From the NCBI GenBank assembly GCA_003221005.1, contig QHTZ01000070.1, positions 1 through 61,919 of the forward strand: a stretch of 61,919 nucleotides of DNA. Direction: 5' to 3'. The stretch is from Gemmatimonadota bacterium. GTDB taxonomy: Bacteria > Gemmatimonadota > Gemmatimonadetes > Gemmatimonadales > GWC2-71-9. The position numbers were made by a program, and so were the translations under genes. The notes under the pieces are model-generated. The model saw only the letters and a list, made by a program, of their open reading frames with translations. It had not been told where the DNA came from and did no database searches. Shown piece after piece: positions 59,111-61,919 of the stretch; positions within the stretch are counted from its first letter, which is position 1; every line of letters starts with the position of its first letter.

Positions 59111-61447
59111 ATGCTCTCATCGTGGAAGTCCTATTTCCCGGGGGCCACGCTGCTCGTGGCCGCCGTACTCGCAGGTTGTCCCCTCGTTGCCCTGCCCATG
59201 CGCCCCCCTCCGACGGGGGACATCGCCGGCACCGTGGCCGATAGCACGACCGGAAAGCCCCTGCCCGGTGGCGAGATCCGGGTGATGCAGAACGGGAGCG
59301 TCGTCGCCACAGCCGTCACCGACGCCTTCGGCCGCTTCATCATCCACAACCTCGCGGCGGGCGACTACGCCGTGGAAATCCGCTACCTCGGCTACCATGC
59401 CGTGACGCGCCACACGACTCTGGGGCAGACCGAGGCTCAAGTCGCGATCGACTTCAGGCTCGTGCCGATCCCGATCAACCTCGAAGCGGTCGAGGTGCGA
59501 GCGGCGGTCCCGCTCGCCGTGGACACGCGGACGGGCAATCAGATCTTCAAGCAGAACGACTACCACGGCGCGCCCACGAATACGACGTCCCAGATTCTCC
59601 AGCAGTCGATCGTCGGTGCGGCGCGCGCGCCCACCGGCGAGGTCCACATCCGCGGCCAGCACGCCGAGTACACCTACTACGTCGACGGCGTCCCCGTCCC
59701 CTCCGGGATTTCGGGCAGCCTGAACGAGTTGTTCGATCCGGAGGTGGTGAACCAGATCGACTTCCAGACCGGCGGCTGGGACGCCGAGTACGGGGGCAAG
59801 AACGCCGCCGTCGTCAACGTCAACACGCGCATCCCCACCGGCGGCTTGCACCTGGACGCCTCGAATTACAACGGGTCGTTCGCAGCTCAGGGCCAGTCCG
59901 TCAACGTGAGCACCAACGCCGGCAAGTTCGGATTCTTTGCCTCGGGAGCGCGCCAGGCCACCGACATGCGGCGCGAGCCCGTGGTGTTCGACACGCTACG
60001 CAACACGGTGGAAAACTTCCACAACGACGGCACGGACCTGTTCGGGTTCGCGAAGGTGCAGTACGTCCCCTCCAACCGGGACGTGGTCAGCCTCGACGTG
60101 AATCGCTCGCGTACCCGGTTCGCCGTTCCGTTCGACTCGGTCGAGGGGATCATCGACGATCATCAGCAGGACGTGAACGGCTTCGCGAACCTCGGCTGGC
60201 GCCACCGGTTCGGCGAGGCCGCCGCGGTGGAAGCGGGGTCATCCGAGCTGTTCGCTGGGGTATTCTTCCGCGACGGCAGCCTCACCTACACGCCCGGCCC
60301 GACCGACGAGCCGTCCTTCACCTTCTATCCCGACACCACCCCCTATAACCTGAGCGAGGACCGGGATTTCCACACGCTAGGCGTCAAGGTCGACTACCTG
60401 CTCCGCCCCCACCACGGCCTGGAATTCAAGCTCGGCACCCTTTCGTCGGTCACGCGCGGGCACGAGGATTTCGAAACAGCGGACTCGGCCGGCAACCCGG
60501 GCCCCGCGTCCACCTCGAAGCTCTCGGGCAGCGACGTCGGCGTGTACGCCCAGACCGCCGTCGCGCCGTCGGACCAGTGGGAGCTTCGCACCGGCGTGCG
60601 CTTCGACAATCACAACGCGCCGTTCGCGGGGAACCAGAGCCAGGTGAGTCCCCGCGTGAAGCTGAGCTTCTTCCCCGACCCAGCGAACACGTTCTGGGTG
60701 TACTACGCCCGGCTGTTCGTCCCCACGAACGTGGAGGACCTGCGCGCGATCACCAGCGTGGCGGATTCGGGCGTGGTGGCCGAGCCCACCCTCCCCGAGC
60801 GTGACCACTTCTTCGAGGTCGGGTACGTGCACCGCTTCCCATTCGGAGTGGTCACCAAGCTGTCCGGGTACTACAAGCGGAGCACACCCGGGATCGACGA
60901 CAACACCGTGCCGGGGTCGGCGATCGTCACGTCGGTCAACATCGAGCAGGTTCGCATCACGGGCGTCGAGGCCGTGGTCGAGATCCGTCCCCCTGGGCCC
61001 GTCTCCGGTTATGTGAACGTCGCCCTCAATCATGCGTACGGCTTCGGCAAGATCACCGGCGGCTTCTTCCCCGCCGAGCCGCCATCGGGGTACTTCGACC
61101 TCGACCACGACCAGCGGCTCTCGGGAGCCGGGAGCCTCGTGTACTCGAGCCGCGGCCTGTACCTCTCGGCCACGGGGATCTACGGGTCCGGCCTGACCAA
61201 CGGCAACGACACCGCTTCCTACAACACCGGGCTGCTCGACTTCAATAAGGATGCCCATGTGTCGCCGAGCTTTATACTCAACGCGAGCGCTGGTTACGCG
61301 CTGGCGCTGGGCGGCGCCGTGGTCCGGCCTCAGGTCTACGTGGAGAACGTGTTCGACAAGAAGTACCTGTTGAAGGGTGCGTTCTTCAGCGGCGCGTCGG
61401 TGGGGCGGCCGCGCACGGTGCAGGTGCGGCTCAATATCGGCCTTTAG
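59111..61447 (+). CDS. TonB-dependent receptor with N-terminal carboxypeptidase-regulatory-like domain
   Basis: G.I.G.V.DS.TGKPL..., HIRG, YVDGVP, GGWDAEYG plug, GVRFD, VENVFDKKY, GRPRT C-terminus; AGGAGA RBS. Confidence 0.9.
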   Translation: MLSSWKSYFPGATLLVAAVLAGCPLVALPMRPPPTGDIAGTVADSTTGKPLPGGEIRVMQNGSVVATAVTDAFGRFIIHNLAAGDYAVEIRYLGYHAVTRHTTLGQTEAQVAIDFRLVPIPINLEAVEVRAAVPLAVDTRTGNQIFKQNDYHGAPTNTTSQILQQSIVGAARAPTGEVHIRGQHAEYTYYVDGVPVPSGISGSLNELFDPEVVNQIDFQTGGWDAEYGGKNAAVVNVNTRIPTGGLHLDASNYNGSFAAQGQSVNVSTNAGKFGFFASGARQATDMRREPVVFDTLRNTVENFHNDGTDLFGFAKVQYVPSNRDVVSLDVNRSRTRFAVPFDSVEGIIDDHQQDVNGFANLGWRHRFGEAAAVEAGSSELFAGVFFRDGSLTYTPGPTDEPSFTFYPDTTPYNLSEDRDFHTLGVKVDYLLRPHHGLEFKLGTLSSVTRGHEDFETADSAGNPGPASTSKLSGSDVGVYAQTAVAPSDQWELRTGVRFDNHNAPFAGNQSQVSPRVKLSFFPDPANTFWVYYARLFVPTNVEDLRAITSVADSGVVAEPTLPERDHFFEVGYVHRFPFGVVTKLSGYYKRSTPGIDDNTVPGSAIVTSVNIEQVRITGVEAVVEIRPPGPVSGYVNVALNHAYGFGKITGGFFPAEPPSGYFDLDHDQRLSGAGSLVYSSRGLYLSATGIYGSGLTNGNDTASYNTGLLDFNKDAHVSPSFILNASAGYALALGGAVVRPQVYVENVFDKKYLLKGAFFSGASVGRPRTVQVRLNIGL

Positions 61448-61451
61448 ACGA

Positions 61452-61491
61452 AACAACCCCCCACCGCGAGGCGGTGGGGGGCTCTAATTTC
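61452..61491. terminator. Probable bidirectional intrinsic terminator
   Basis: CCCCCCACCGC-gag-GCGGTGGGGGG between convergent genes, with A/T-rich flanks. Confidence 0.75.
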
Positions 61492-61504
61492 CGGGCTCCT
61501 GATT

Positions 61505-61919
61505 TCAGCCCTGGATGAGGATCAGGAACCTCGAGCCGGTCCAGAACCGATCCGGGTTCGCGATCTTGAGGCTGCCGCTGACGTGACCACCGTCGTCCGG
61601 CGGCGTCGCGAGGCCTTCCAGGTCCTGCCGCGATGCGATGCGGTAGGACTTGTCGCTCCCAGGAAGCGGGATCTCCGTCACCACGCGCTTGTTGATCGGC
61701 GTGAAGTCGTGCGGATCGAGCCGGCGCGCCGGGACCAGGATCTGCCCCAGCTTGGCAAAGATGAGCGGGAAGCGGCTGCCGCCCTCCTGCACCACGATCC
61801 CGCGGTGCATCAACTCGTCCCGCGTGCCGATGACGTAGTACACCGTGTTGTTCACTTCCTTGAGCTGGTTCACGGTGTCCGTCAGGGCCACGTTCGTCGC
61901 GGTCAACTGGTTGATCTGG
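61505..61919 (-). CDS. Hypothetical protein, C-terminal part (start lies outside the window)
   Basis: Frame open to the window edge with GC3-biased codons; coiled-coil-like stretch then VYYVIGT..EL...G and L.I..P..FW..S. Confidence 0.65.
   Translation of the reverse strand, partial: QINQLTATNVALTDTVNQLKEVNNTVYYVIGTRDELMHRGIVVQEGGSRFPLIFAKLGQILVPARRLDPHDFTPINKRVVTEIPLPGSDKSYRIASRQDLEGLATPPDDGGHVSGSLKIANPDRFWTGSRFLILIQG

Noticed and set aside
625-61456. Many long antisense or alternate-frame ORFs in the track (e.g. 41815-44796, 23538-25418, 49361-51097, 12581-14158)
   Set aside because: Shadows of real high-GC3 genes; Arg/Ala/Pro-rich, no motifs, fully overlapping well-supported CDSs

Overview
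High-GC bacterial DNA. The gene content (DRY-type Ser/Thr kinase-TPR protein, BNR/VPS10-like glycosidase, carboxypeptidase-regulatory-domain TonB receptor) suggests Gemmatimonadota; this is inference only. Most of the window (about 7.5-54.6 kb) is a dense biosynthesis cluster: nitrogen assimilation (glnK-amtB, two tandem glutamine synthetases, a porin), citramalate synthase, sulfate reduction (cysH-cysG-sulfite reductase), DAP/lysine (lysC fused to an M20 deacylase, dapB-dapA-dapD-aminotransferase-asd), proline, threonine and the leu/ilv operon. It is interrupted by a signalling block at 29-38 kb and flanked by que genes on the left and an SBP56-like protein plus a RAPP-uORF/TonB receptor on the right. 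The most interesting signals are regulatory and absent from the ORF track: (i) a complete cysteine-codon leader-peptide attenuator with 1:2/2:3/3:4 pairings ahead of cysH, plus Leu/Val-rich, Ile-rich and unexplained leaders ahead of leuA, cimA and lysC; (ii) a TGCA-N5-TGCA dyad shared by the three nitrogen-assimilation promoter regions; (iii) a 73-aa protein built from (D/E)RR-xxx repeats coupled to proC; (iv) a CxxC+RAPP uORF before a TonB receptor. Three apparent deletions (cimA 5' end, sulfite reductase C-terminus, LysC N-terminus) could be real lesions or assembly artefacts. No rRNA, tRNA, CRISPR array or transposase was recognised.
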